Shown here piece by piece: positions 27,880 through 37,891 of a stretch of DNA of 64,000 nt. Origin of the DNA: Candidatus Omnitrophota bacterium (GTDB lineage: Bacteria > Omnitrophota > Gorgyraeia > Zapsychrales > Fredricksoniimonadaceae); NCBI GenBank assembly GCA_021731625.1, contig JAKFXC010000062.1, forward strand, positions 4,479-68,478. The letters run 5' to 3'. The notes under the pieces are model-generated. The model was given only the letters and a program-made list of their open reading frames with translations, had not been told where the DNA came from and made no database searches. Numbering within the stretch: position 1 is the stretch's first letter; every line of letters starts with the position of its first letter. Made by a program: the position numbers and the translations under genes.

Positions 27880-30125
27880 TATGGAACCGGTGGTCTCTCA
27901 TGGGGTTTTTCTTGACCCGCATGGCAAAGGCCCAAGGATTTTTGGATCCCCGGGTGCTTTTTGGTCAGTTGCAACGTTTTGCCCGCCCCTCGGAGGTTTG
28001 GGTGCCGTCGGAACTCTTACGTTCCGGCATGACACTGCAAGCCCGGGGGGTGTTAAACAGCCAGGCCATCCAGCACAACCTCGATTGGATATGGCCGTTC
28101 TGGGTCTATCATCAGTTCAATCCCCACGATCCGGCATTTCTGCCGCGGGCTTTTAATCTTTCCCACATCAATTTGACGCATCGCAATTGGACGGCGCTGG
28201 GTGTTCCGGATTATGCGGATTATCCTTTAGTAGACCCGCGTGGATTAGTGACTCCTTTTTTTGACGGATGGTCTCTAGATGCCTGGATCATTGCGGAGAA
28301 CGGAGCATCGCTCATCCCAGCCCAAATGCCTTATGTCCATCAGCAATTGAATTTGGACGGGTTAAGGGTGCTCACCTCATCAACGTCTGAAGGCATGTAC
28401 TTGCGCTCCCAGGCGGAAGTCATTGTGGACCAATCCATTCCCAAATGCGTGGTGTGCTATCAAGCCCTCACGTCGAGCCAGGCCTGGCTGTTGGTGTGCG
28501 TGCGGCCGTTTAATACCGAGGGGGTGAGTTTTGTCCACGACCTGGACCGTTTAAGCGACGAGGAAGGATGGCTGGTCAATGGCGAACATAATGTCCGCCT
28601 GCGCCTGCCCCCGCAAAGTTACGCGTTTTCCAACTATCATGATGGAGACATTGCCCGGCCCGGCCCTTCGCCTCGGGAGCAGGTGGCCATTGCCACAGAC
28701 AAAATCCATTGCCCGGTGGGCATGGCCACGGCTGCCGCGCTTTATGCTTTGTCCCCGCATCAAAATTTTGAAGTGACGGTGGAAGTGCCATTGTCCAAGG
28801 CGCCGGTCAGGACCACCCTGTGGAAAGAGCATTTGCATAATTATTGCCGTATAGAAGTCCCTGATCAATCTTTTCAGTGTTTGTACGAAACAGCCTTGCG
28901 CACCTTGATTTTGCATTCGCCCGGCGATGTTTATCCAGGGCCATTCACCTATAAGCGTTTTTGGTTTCGCGACGCGGCTTTTATCCTGGATGCCATGCTG
29001 GCCACAGGACTCATGAAGAACATGGAAGCCATTGTGCATGCGTTTCCCAAACGGCAAACCCCTTTAGGGTATTTTAAATCGCAGGACGGCGAATGGGATT
29101 CGAATGGCCAGGCCTTGTGGATCATCCACCGCTACAGCACCATGGCCCCGGCGGTCATTGGTCCGGATTTGTTAAAAAGTGTCGCCGCCGGTGCCGCCTG
29201 GATCAGACGCAAGCGCTTGAGCGGTACTACCACCGGCGCGCATGCCGGCCTCATGCCGGCGGGTTTCAGTGCCGAACATTTGGGTCCAAGTGATTTTTAC
29301 TATTGGGATGATTTTTGGTCGGTGGCGGGTTTGCGTGCGGCAGCGGCCTTGATGGTTTCTCATCGAGAAGTTGCCGAGGGATTTGCCGCCGAGGCGACCG
29401 AACTCACCCGGGCCATTGAGCAAAGCCTGGAACATGTCCGTCAACGGCAGTGCCGAGGCATCCCGGCGTCCCCTTACCGGCGGATGGACGGTGGTGCGGT
29501 GGGGTCCTTGGCAGCCAGCTATCCGTTGCGGCTGCTGCCTCCCGATGATGAGCGGATGAAATGCACTGTGGACTTTCTGTTGGAAAAATATTTGTTCGAC
29601 GGCGTTTATTACCATGAAGTCAGCCATTCCGGTATTAACGCGTATTTGAGTTTGCACTTAGCCCAGGTGTTGTTGCGGGCCGGTGATCCGAGGTTTTTTG
29701 AGATTGTCCGCAAAGTCGCGGAATGGGCCAGCCCCACAGGGCAATGGCCCGAGGCGATCCACCCGCAAACCAAGGGTGGATGTATGGGCGACGGACAGCA
29801 TGTGTGGGCGGCCGCCGAATGGGTTTTGATGCTGCGCAATATGTTTGTGCGTGAGGAAAAAGACACTTTGATTTTATGTTCCGGCCTGCCAGCGGAATGG
29901 CTGGAGAAAGGACAGATCTTGTTTTTGGGACCCACCCGGACCTCATTCGGCAAAATATCTGTGACTGTGCATACTAAGGACCGGTTGCGGGTTGCATGGG
30001 CAGCCGAGTGGCACGCGGCCGCGCCGACCATTGAAGTGCATTTGCCGGGAGGACCCAAAGGCGTGGCTGAGCCGGGGATGTCGGCAATGGAATTCGGGAG
30101 TCGGACCGCAGGAGGAGTGCGATGA
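27876..30125 (+). CDS. Six-hairpin (alpha/alpha)6 glycoside hydrolase-like protein (GDE_C/GH15-related)
   Basis: The FTYKRFWFRDAAFILDAM motif (W.RD catalytic region of the GDE/GH15 clan) and a large helical C-domain; N-domain unknown. Confidence 0.5.
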   Translation: MIWNRWSLMGFFLTRMAKAQGFLDPRVLFGQLQRFARPSEVWVPSELLRSGMTLQARGVLNSQAIQHNLDWIWPFWVYHQFNPHDPAFLPRAFNLSHINLTHRNWTALGVPDYADYPLVDPRGLVTPFFDGWSLDAWIIAENGASLIPAQMPYVHQQLNLDGLRVLTSSTSEGMYLRSQAEVIVDQSIPKCVVCYQALTSSQAWLLVCVRPFNTEGVSFVHDLDRLSDEEGWLVNGEHNVRLRLPPQSYAFSNYHDGDIARPGPSPREQVAIATDKIHCPVGMATAAALYALSPHQNFEVTVEVPLSKAPVRTTLWKEHLHNYCRIEVPDQSFQCLYETALRTLILHSPGDVYPGPFTYKRFWFRDAAFILDAMLATGLMKNMEAIVHAFPKRQTPLGYFKSQDGEWDSNGQALWIIHRYSTMAPAVIGPDLLKSVAAGAAWIRRKRLSGTTTGAHAGLMPAGFSAEHLGPSDFYYWDDFWSVAGLRAAAALMVSHREVAEGFAAEATELTRAIEQSLEHVRQRQCRGIPASPYRRMDGGAVGSLAASYPLRLLPPDDERMKCTVDFLLEKYLFDGVYYHEVSHSGINAYLSLHLAQVLLRAGDPRFFEIVRKVAEWASPTGQWPEAIHPQTKGGCMGDGQHVWAAAEWVLMLRNMFVREEKDTLILCSGLPAEWLEKGQILFLGPTRTSFGKISVTVHTKDRLRVAWAAEWHAAAPTIEVHLPGGPKGVAEPGMSAMEFGSRTAGGVR

Positions 30126-31399
30126 ACATTTTGATGATGACCAACACGTATAAGCCGCTCTTGGGGGGTTTGGAAAAATCCGTGGAATATTTTAGCGAAG
30201 AATTTCGTCAAAGGGGGCACCGCGTGGTCATCGTTACTCCGGAATATGAGGGCGCCCCTGCTTCGGAAAAGGACATCATCCGCATTCCAGCGGTGCAAAG
30301 ATTCAACGGCTCGGATTTTTCTGTGCAACTTCCCATCCCCGGCGGACTGGCCGAAGCCCTGGGGAGTTTTAAGCCACACATCGTGCATTCGCATCATCCG
30401 TTCTTTATTGGCGACACGGCCCTGCGGGTGGCGGCCCGGTACAATGTCCCGCTGGTATTTACCCATCACAGTTTATATGAAGAGAACGTGCATTACCTGC
30501 CCGGCAACGAGCAAGCCCTGAAACAATTTGTCATTGCGCTTTCAACCGGTTATGCCAACCTCGCCGACCAAGTGTTTGCACCCAGCATAAGTGTGGCGAA
30601 ATTGATCAAAGAACGAGGGGTGGAGACTCCCATCGAGGTCATCCCCACCGGTTTGCGGGTCAATGAATTTTCCCGCGGAGCCGGCAGGGCGTTCCGTAAA
30701 AAGCAGGGTATCCCGGCGGACGCCTTTGTGGTGGGGCATTTGGGCCGTTTGGCCCCGGAGAAGAATATGGAATTCTTGACGCGGGCGGTGACGTTGTTTG
30801 TGCGTAAGCATCCCCAGGCGTATTTTTTGCTGCTCGGTAGCGGTCCGTCGGAAGCTGTCATCAAGGAGATCGCTGCCAAGGAGGGGGTCAGTGAGCGTTT
30901 GCGCATGGCAGGCACGGTGGAGGGGAAAGAAAAGACCGCGGCCTACCACGCCATGGATGTGTTTGCTTTTGCGTCTCAAAGTGAGACCCAGGGACTGGTC
31001 TTGACCGAAGCGTTCGCCGCCAAGGTGCCGATCGTGGCCGTGGATGCTTGCGGGGTCAGGGACGTGGTAGAAGACAAAATCAACGGCCGTCTGCTTGAGA
31101 AAGAGGATGCTGATGCTTTTGTTGCCGCCCTGGATTGGATCAAGGAACGTTCCGGCCCGGAACGGACCAAAATCCGGCAAGCTTGCCGCAAAACCGCCGG
31201 TCAGTTTCAAATGGACAAGATCGTCGAGAACGCTTTAGCAGCGTATACGTCTTTATCGGTGCGGCATGGTTTCATACGTCGGGCTGTTGGTGACAGCAAG
31301 TGGAGTAAAACCCGGCGTTTGATCCAAGCCGAATTTGGTTTGGTGAGAAATCTCACTAAGGCGGCCCGCCGCTTAGTGTCCGTTACCTTGCAAGGATAA
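30122..31399 (+). CDS. Glycosyltransferase family 4 (GT-B, Glycos_transf_1)
   Basis: N-terminal GGLEKSV..F and C-terminal E(x7)E region (FASQSETQGLVLTEAFAAKVPIVAVDACGVRDVV). Confidence 0.8.
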   Translation: MNILMMTNTYKPLLGGLEKSVEYFSEEFRQRGHRVVIVTPEYEGAPASEKDIIRIPAVQRFNGSDFSVQLPIPGGLAEALGSFKPHIVHSHHPFFIGDTALRVAARYNVPLVFTHHSLYEENVHYLPGNEQALKQFVIALSTGYANLADQVFAPSISVAKLIKERGVETPIEVIPTGLRVNEFSRGAGRAFRKKQGIPADAFVVGHLGRLAPEKNMEFLTRAVTLFVRKHPQAYFLLLGSGPSEAVIKEIAAKEGVSERLRMAGTVEGKEKTAAYHAMDVFAFASQSETQGLVLTEAFAAKVPIVAVDACGVRDVVEDKINGRLLEKEDADAFVAALDWIKERSGPERTKIRQACRKTAGQFQMDKIVENALAAYTSLSVRHGFIRRAVGDSKWSKTRRLIQAEFGLVRNLTKAARRLVSVTLQG

Positions 31400-31402
31400 C
31401 AT

Positions 31403-33046
31403 ATGAAAGCATCGGATCTTTTTGTGAAGTGTTTGGAAAATGAAGGGGTAAAATACATCTTTGGCATCCCGGGGGAAGAGACCGAAGACCTGCTGTTTTC
31501 TCTACAGGCATCGTCCATTAAATTCATTCCCACCCGCCACGAACAGGGCGCGGCTTTTATGGCAGATATGTGGGGACGTTTGAGCGGGAAGGCCGGTGTG
31601 TGCTTATCCACGTTAGGGCCCGGCGCAACCAATTTAGTCACCGGCGTGGCGGATGCGAATTTGGACAAGAGTCCGGTGGTGGCCATCTCCGCCCAGGCCG
31701 GATTGAATCGGTTGTACAAAGAGAGTCATCAATATGTCAACCTCGTCGAGCTGTTTCGTCCCATCACCAAATGGAACACCACCATTGCCAGCCCGGACGT
31801 GATTCCTGAAGTTGTGCGCAAAGCTTTTAAAGTGGCGGAAAGCGAAAAACCAGGGGCCACCCACATTGAATTTCCCGAGGACATCGCCGGGATGGAAACC
31901 ACCGGCAAACCCATCCGCGCTACTCGAGTTCGACGGCCTGACCCGGATCAACACGCCTTGAAGGAAGCGGTGGACTTTCTGAAGGCGGCCAAATATCCTT
32001 TGATCATCGCCGGCAACGGGGCCGTGCGCAAGCTTGCCTCCGAAGAGTTGAGCGCGTTTGTGCGGCGGTACAACATTCCAGTGGTGCACACGTTTATGGG
32101 CCAGGGGGCTGTGGCCGACAGTCAGCCGCAACTCCTTTTTACCATTGGCTTCGGATTCCGCGAGATTGTCATGGAAGCGGTGGACAAAGCGGATGTGGTG
32201 GTCACCGTCGGGTATGACATTGCGGAATATGCCCCTGATCAATGGAACCCTAAGAAGGACAAGAAAATCATCCATGTGGATTTCACTTCCGCGGAAGTGT
32301 ACGCCCATTACCAGCCCTGCGTCGAGATCGTGGCGGACATTCCAGCCACTTTAAGGGAACTCAACCAGGCCCTGGCAAAGGACGGCCACCGCTTTGATGG
32401 TCAATGGTATGCGCCGGTGCGCCAACGCATCATTGAGGACATTGCGGGATACGCGCCTCATGGGGAAACCTTCACGGTGCCAGGGGTCATTCATGTGCTC
32501 AATGAGCTCATGCACGGCGACGACCTTTTGATCAGCGACGTGGGCACCCATAAAATTTGGGTGGCCAGGAATTTTTCCGCCAAATGCCCCAACGGCTGCA
32601 TCATTTCCAACGGCTTGGCCAGCATGGGGATTGCTTTGCCCGGCGCTGTCGCGGCAGCGTTGTATGAGCCGCAGCGCCGGATTGTGGCGGTCATGGGCGA
32701 CGGAGGATTTATGATGAACGCCCAGGAATTGGAAACCGCCAAACGCCTAAAGGTTGCCTTTACCGCCATCATTTTCAACGACAATGACTACGGCTTGATC
32801 AGCTGGAAGCAGCAGATGAGCCGCGGCCGCAGCACCGGTACTCAGTTGACCAATCCCGATTTTCCTAAATTTGTGCAAAGCTTTGGCATCCAATCTTATC
32901 GACCCCGCACAGTTTCTGAAATGAAGACCCAGTTGACCAAGGCGCTGAGCGACCGGGAGCTGTGCGTTTTTGAAGTTCCCATCGACAACAGCGTCAATGC
33001 CGAGCTCATTCAAAAACTTAAAGCCATTGTCTCGAGGAAGAAATGA
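31403..33046 (+). CDS. Thiamine-pyrophosphate enzyme of the acetolactate synthase large-subunit family (catabolic AlsS-like)
   Basis: TPP_enzyme N, M and C domains with the GDGGF...NN TPP-binding motif; 547 aa and no small regulatory subunit nearby. Confidence 0.75.
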   Translation: MKASDLFVKCLENEGVKYIFGIPGEETEDLLFSLQASSIKFIPTRHEQGAAFMADMWGRLSGKAGVCLSTLGPGATNLVTGVADANLDKSPVVAISAQAGLNRLYKESHQYVNLVELFRPITKWNTTIASPDVIPEVVRKAFKVAESEKPGATHIEFPEDIAGMETTGKPIRATRVRRPDPDQHALKEAVDFLKAAKYPLIIAGNGAVRKLASEELSAFVRRYNIPVVHTFMGQGAVADSQPQLLFTIGFGFREIVMEAVDKADVVVTVGYDIAEYAPDQWNPKKDKKIIHVDFTSAEVYAHYQPCVEIVADIPATLRELNQALAKDGHRFDGQWYAPVRQRIIEDIAGYAPHGETFTVPGVIHVLNELMHGDDLLISDVGTHKIWVARNFSAKCPNGCIISNGLASMGIALPGAVAAALYEPQRRIVAVMGDGGFMMNAQELETAKRLKVAFTAIIFNDNDYGLISWKQQMSRGRSTGTQLTNPDFPKFVQSFGIQSYRPRTVSEMKTQLTKALSDRELCVFEVPIDNSVNAELIQKLKAIVSRKK

Positions 33047-34410
33047 AACTCACATCCATCAATCCTGCCACCGGGCAGATCATCCAATCCTACGACGAGC
33101 ACACCCAGGAGGGTCTTGAAAACATCGTGCACCAGGCCAAATCTGCCTTCCTGATTTGGCACCGCCTTCCGTTTAAGGAGCGGGCCGTGAAAATGAAGGC
33201 CATGGCCGCCGCCTTACAAAAGAACCGGGCCTTGCTGGCCCAACTCATGGCGAATGAGATGGGCAAACCCTTAAAACAGGGGGAGGGAGAAATTGACAAA
33301 TGCGCCTGGGTGTGTGAATTTTACGCCGACACTGCGGCGGCGTTTTTGGCCGATGAGCCCGTTGCCACCGACGCCCAAAAAAGTTATGTGCATTTTTCAC
33401 CCTTGGGCACGGTCCTGGCCGTGATGCCCTGGAATTATCCCTTTTGGCAGGTGTACCGTTGCGCGGCCCCGATTCTAATGGCAGGCAATGCCTTGGTCCT
33501 CAAACACGCGTCCAATGTTTCGGGCGTGGCCTTGGCCATCGAGAACCTCTTTAAATTGTGCGGCTTTCCCGACGGATTAATGCGCGCGGTGCTGGTCAAA
33601 AGTGAACGCGTGGAAAAACTCATCGAGCATCCGCTGGTGCATGCGGTGACGGTCACCGGCAGTGTGCAGGCCGGCAAAGCCGTGGCCGCGAAAGCCGGAG
33701 CCATGATCAAGAAGACGGTGCTGGAACTTGGCGGCAGCGACGCCTACATCGTGCTGCCTGATGCGGACCTCGAAGCGGCCGCCCAAACCTGTGCGGCCTC
33801 GCGACTCATTAATGCGGGGCAAAGCTGCGTGTCGGCCAAACGTTTCATTGTCCCGAATGCCATTTTAAGCAAATTTGAAGTCCTATTCGTCGAGCAAATG
33901 CGGCAGCAGGTCATGGGCCCGCCGACGAAAGAGGGGGTCACCTTAGGTCCGCTGGCCCGCCATGATTTAAGAGATCAGTTGCATCGCCAGGTGCAGGAAT
34001 CTTTTAAAGCGGGAGCGCGGCTGTTGCTCGGGGGATCTATCCCCGACGGCCCCGGGGCTTTTTATCCGCCCACCGTGCTCTCCGACGTCAAACCCGGGAT
34101 GCCGGCCTATCATGACGAATTCTTTGGTCCGGTGGCGTCGATCATTCCGGTCACGGATGACAAAGAAGCCATTCGGGTGGCCAATGACACGGTCTTCGGC
34201 CTGGGTGCTGCGGTATTCACCCGCGACGTGGAGCGCGCGGAACACATCGCCGCGCATGAACTGGAAGCGGGATGCTGTTTTGTGAACACCGCGGTCAAAT
34301 CTGACCCTCGCCTGCCCTTTGGCGGGATCAAGGAATCCGGGTATGGACGCGAGTTGTCCGGTTTCGGCATCCGTGAATTCATCAACATTAAGACCGTCTA
34401 TATTCAATAA
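33043..34410 (+). CDS. NAD(P)+-dependent aldehyde dehydrogenase (succinate-semialdehyde dehydrogenase-like)
   Basis: ALDH motifs PWNYPFWQ, GSVQAGK, ELGGSDA and the catalytic Cys region QSCVSAKR; 455 aa. Confidence 0.85.
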   Translation: MKLTSINPATGQIIQSYDEHTQEGLENIVHQAKSAFLIWHRLPFKERAVKMKAMAAALQKNRALLAQLMANEMGKPLKQGEGEIDKCAWVCEFYADTAAAFLADEPVATDAQKSYVHFSPLGTVLAVMPWNYPFWQVYRCAAPILMAGNALVLKHASNVSGVALAIENLFKLCGFPDGLMRAVLVKSERVEKLIEHPLVHAVTVTGSVQAGKAVAAKAGAMIKKTVLELGGSDAYIVLPDADLEAAAQTCAASRLINAGQSCVSAKRFIVPNAILSKFEVLFVEQMRQQVMGPPTKEGVTLGPLARHDLRDQLHRQVQESFKAGARLLLGGSIPDGPGAFYPPTVLSDVKPGMPAYHDEFFGPVASIIPVTDDKEAIRVANDTVFGLGAAVFTRDVERAEHIAAHELEAGCCFVNTAVKSDPRLPFGGIKESGYGRELSGFGIREFINIKTVYIQ

Positions 34411-34499
34411 CCTGCCGAGTTTAATATTCTATTAACCCAGCATTCATCTGCATTCCTCTATAATTTGATCAATGAGACACGCAAAAAAGAGAGGATGAT

Positions 34500-34685
34500 A
34501 TGAAAGTTTATGTTGTGGTGATGTTGATTATCGTCGGGATATGGACAACCATGAGCCATGCTCAGAATACCACTTCCCCAAGCGGGGCAGCGGGCGGCTC
34601 GGGCAGCCTCGCAAACACCAACACCGGTATGAACTGGTCAAGCAAGACCAACAGTCAAACCGGTCTCCCAATTCCGCGGTTATAG
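34500..34685 (+). CDS. Possible small secreted peptide (signal peptide + Gly/Ser/Thr-rich tail)
   Basis: ORF only, hydrophobic N-terminus, RBS gagagg; no homology evidence. Confidence 0.2.
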   Translation: MKVYVVVMLIIVGIWTTMSHAQNTTSPSGAAGGSGSLANTNTGMNWSSKTNSQTGLPIPRL

Positions 34686-34826
34686 AAAAACCGTTTATCA
34701 TAAAAATACGCTGGATTAAATTTCCATGGCATTCATGGAAAACCCAGCGTATAGTCTTTCAAGCGACGCTTTTATCGGAAGTCAGCAAGGGGTCCACATT
34801 CTATTTTACACTCAGCGCAATTTAAC

Positions 34827-36602
34827 TACGCCATTATCGGCAATTGCACCACCGCTGCCCTGGTTAACGACGATTGTTCCATTGACTGGCTGTGCCTGCC
34901 TTTTTTTGACTCCCCGTCGATTTTTGCCCGTCTCCTGGACCAAAAAATAGGCGGCCATTTCAAGATTTGGGCCAAGGACGTGGTCAGTGTCGAGCAGGCC
35001 TACATCACCCATACTCCCATCTTAAAAACCATTTTCACCACCAAAGACGGCATTTTTGAGGTCCGCGATTACATGCCCCGCTTTGAACTCGCCGAAGGGG
35101 AGGTGTATTGCCCGTCCGAAATCCACCGCATCATCCGTCTGGTCCAGGGGAATCCAAAAATGACCGTTGAGCTTCAACCGCGCCCCAACTATGCCTTAAG
35201 CGAGGCGCACTTTGTCCATTCGAGCGAATATTTAAAAATCACCTCGATGAGCGGAGAGTACAACAGTTTTTATCTGTACTCGAATTTGAATCTCCACGAT
35301 GTCCTGAGTAATAAGGAAATGGAAATCAAGGAGTCATCCTATTTTTTATTGTCCTACCATGAGAAACTGGAAACGATAAACCCCGAAAAGATCCTGGTCG
35401 AGTATGAACGCACCAAGAGCCATTGGATGTACTGGGTGTACCGCACCAAAATTCCGGAGAGATACCGGGAAATGCTCATCCGTTCGATCATCACCTTAAA
35501 ACTCTTGATGTTCCAACGCACCGGCGCGGTGATTGCGGCCCCGACCACGTCTTTGCCTGAAATTATCGGGAAGGACCGCAACTGGGATTACCGTTATTGC
35601 TGGATGCGCGATTCAGCCATGATCATTTATCTATACACGCATTTGGGTCACGCGCGTTCCGCGTCCCGGTACATTTCATTCATTTTAAACCGGATGCTGC
35701 TTAAACATGAGGACATCGCGGTGATGTACGGCATCAACGGCGAACGCCTGCTGGAGGAGAGGGTCCTGGAGCATCTTAGCGGTTACGCAAATTCCCGCCC
35801 GGTGCGCGTGGGCAATGACGCCTATAGGCAAAAACAGAACGATGTGTACGGCGAATTGATTGAAACCATCTATGCGTTTTTTATTGCCAACCCTAAGGAG
35901 GTCATAGGGGTCAATGAGGAAATCTGGACCCTGGTGCGTTCCCTCGTCAATCGCGTGCTGGCCACCTGGCGAGACCCTGACAGCGGCATTTGGGAGAGGC
36001 GGGGGCCCATGCGGCATTTTGTGCATTCCAAACTGATGAATTGGGTGGCCATGGACCGGGCCGCCAAAATCGCGCAATTCGTCGGGAAAACCCGGTATGT
36101 GCCGGGGTATCTAAAAGTGGCGGATGAAATCAAGGACGATATTTTAAAAAATGGATGGAACCAGGACCAGCAAAGTTTTATGATGTATTATGGAGGAGGG
36201 GAGCTGGATGCTTCCAGCCTTTTGATGTTGCACTACGGCTTTTTGGACCGCAAAGACCCCCGCATGGTCAGCACCGTGCAGACCTTGCACCGGGAATTGA
36301 CCAGGGAAGGATTTGTGTTGCGTTACAAAGCTGCGGATGAGTTTGGGGTTCCGGAAAACGCCTTCATTGTGTGCACTTTTTGGATGATCAATGCCCTCTA
36401 TTTAATTGGGCAAGAACAGCAGGCCAGAGTCATGCTAGAAAAAATGATTTCCTTCGCGAACAAATTCGGACTTTATTCCGAAGACATTGAGCCGGCCACC
36501 GGGCGTTTGACCGGAAATTTTCCCCAGGGGTATTCGCATCTGGCCTTCATCCAAACTATTTTTTTGCTGGAAACCCAATACGACTGGAGCGATGCGGCCT
36601 AA
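34827..36602 (+). CDS. Glycoside hydrolase family 15 (glucoamylase/trehalase-type); true start lies upstream of the annotated ATG 34980 and is non-canonical or disrupted
   Basis: The conserved GH15 N-terminus YAIIGNCTTAALVNDDCSIDWLCLPFFDSPSIFARLLD is encoded from 34827, in frame with the 34980 ORF. There is no ATG/GTG/TTG between the upstream stop (34752) and this motif. The catalytic region SLPEIIGKDRNWDYRYCWMRDSA is present. Confidence 0.7.
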   Translation, partial: YAIIGNCTTAALVNDDCSIDWLCLPFFDSPSIFARLLDQKIGGHFKIWAKDVVSVEQAYITHTPILKTIFTTKDGIFEVRDYMPRFELAEGEVYCPSEIHRIIRLVQGNPKMTVELQPRPNYALSEAHFVHSSEYLKITSMSGEYNSFYLYSNLNLHDVLSNKEMEIKESSYFLLSYHEKLETINPEKILVEYERTKSHWMYWVYRTKIPERYREMLIRSIITLKLLMFQRTGAVIAAPTTSLPEIIGKDRNWDYRYCWMRDSAMIIYLYTHLGHARSASRYISFILNRMLLKHEDIAVMYGINGERLLEERVLEHLSGYANSRPVRVGNDAYRQKQNDVYGELIETIYAFFIANPKEVIGVNEEIWTLVRSLVNRVLATWRDPDSGIWERRGPMRHFVHSKLMNWVAMDRAAKIAQFVGKTRYVPGYLKVADEIKDDILKNGWNQDQQSFMMYYGGGELDASSLLMLHYGFLDRKDPRMVSTVQTLHRELTREGFVLRYKAADEFGVPENAFIVCTFWMINALYLIGQEQQARVMLEKMISFANKFGLYSEDIEPATGRLTGNFPQGYSHLAFIQTIFLLETQYDWSDAA

Positions 36603-37273
36603 TGCGCACATTCATTTTGGTCGTGTCTTTGTTCTCTTTCCCGGTAACAGCCGTCGCGGCGCCGGCCTACGGCACCCGTATGCCCGAGAGCCGTCATGCG
36701 ACCGTGGGTTTGCAAGCCTACAATATTTTTTACAGCAAATTGGAAAAAGATTATGGCAAAATCAGCAGTTTGCAGCATTTTGGTCTGCTCACCCTGGGGA
36801 TATTTGACTGGTTGTGTTTGGATTTGAAGGGCGGGGCGGGCCATGTGCATTCTCGCAATGCCGCGGCCGGAGACATCAATTACACCCCGTTTTTAGGCGG
36901 CGGGTATGGGTTTAGGGTGCGGGTCCTGGAACACGAGCAAACCAAGGCCGTGATTGGATTTCAACATATCAGCATTCACCCCTATTCAAAGGTGATCGGC
37001 AACGGCAGAAATAAAGCCGTGCTGGACGATTGGCAATTTTCCGGCCTGGTTTCTTATGAACTTAAAGCATTGACCCCCTACATTGGAGGCCGGTGGTCCA
37101 GGGTGGACCACATCCACTGGATCAATGATCAACGCAAAAGAGAACAACCCGTCCGCACCGCCGGTTTGATCACCGGCTTCGACATTCCGCTGAACGCGAA
37201 AACCTGGCTGAACATCGAAGGCCAGTTCTTGGACGCCACTGCCGTCGCTGCCAGCATCAATTTTTCCTTCTGA
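36602..37273 (+). CDS. Outer-membrane beta-barrel protein (signal peptide, C-terminal aromatic F)
   Basis: Signal peptide FPVTAVAAPA, amphipathic strands, terminal INFSF typical of OMP C-termini. Confidence 0.5.
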   Translation: MRTFILVVSLFSFPVTAVAAPAYGTRMPESRHATVGLQAYNIFYSKLEKDYGKISSLQHFGLLTLGIFDWLCLDLKGGAGHVHSRNAAAGDINYTPFLGGGYGFRVRVLEHEQTKAVIGFQHISIHPYSKVIGNGRNKAVLDDWQFSGLVSYELKALTPYIGGRWSRVDHIHWINDQRKREQPVRTAGLITGFDIPLNAKTWLNIEGQFLDATAVAASINFSF

Positions 37274-37391
37274 CCAATCCCTCGACTTAAAAATTTTTAA
37301 TTTACGATTCATGTTCTCTTCATTTTTATTTTAGTACGATAACATCCATAGTTCGCAAACAACCCCGTCCTTACTAGGGAAAGGAGTAGTC

Positions 37392-37628
37392 ATGAGAAAG
37401 AATATCCACCAAAGGAAATGGCAGCAGGATCGATCGGCAGCGGAATTGTTCCCCACACAGCAGAAAGACGATGATGATATTTTCGCGTCCCGCTACGCCA
37501 ACAACGATCCTCTGGAGCCGCAGGATTTGCAATTGCCGTATTACAGCTATACAGATGAGGCAGACTTTTTAGAAGGCAAAGTCACCACCTATGTCAGCTT
37601 TCCCTGGGAGGACGATGAAGAGGAATAG
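37392..37628 (+). CDS. Small acidic hypothetical protein
   Basis: ORF with a strong downstream intrinsic terminator; highly acidic C-terminus (WEDDEEE). Confidence 0.35.
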   Translation: MRKNIHQRKWQQDRSAAELFPTQQKDDDDIFASRYANNDPLEPQDLQLPYYSYTDEADFLEGKVTTYVSFPWEDDEEE

Positions 37629-37653
37629 CCCCTTCCTGTGTGATCTTTCCTTC

Positions 37654-37683
37654 GGCCGGTCTGTCCAAGACCGGCCTTTTTTT
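37654..37683 (+). terminator. Rho-independent terminator (ggccggtc-tgtccaa-gaccggcc + T7)
   Basis: Perfect 8-bp GC stem and a 7-T tract. Confidence 0.75.
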
Positions 37684-37685
37684 GA

Positions 37686-37725
37686 CATGAAAATATTTTC
37701 ATGAAGAATTCATGTCCGGTTCATG
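37686..37725. promoter_or_regulatory. 18-bp perfect palindrome CATGAAAATATTTTCATG followed by three TTCATG direct repeats at 11-bp phasing (37698, 37709, 37720); candidate response-regulator operator upstream of the RR/HK pair
   Basis: Seen in the sequence. The direct-repeat spacing equals one helical turn, as in OmpR/PhoB-family sites. Confidence 0.4.
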
Positions 37726-37891
37726 GCGGATGTGATAAATCTATTCAACTTCATGTGTAAGTGTCTTAGTCTTCACCGGTTGCGGCACAATCAACAGCGT
37801 TGGGGACGTCAAACGATAACCATTGACAATTTTTTGTTTCAGGACTAAAGTTTCCTATTAACGGAAATGTACCCCAAGCGGAGGAGAATAC

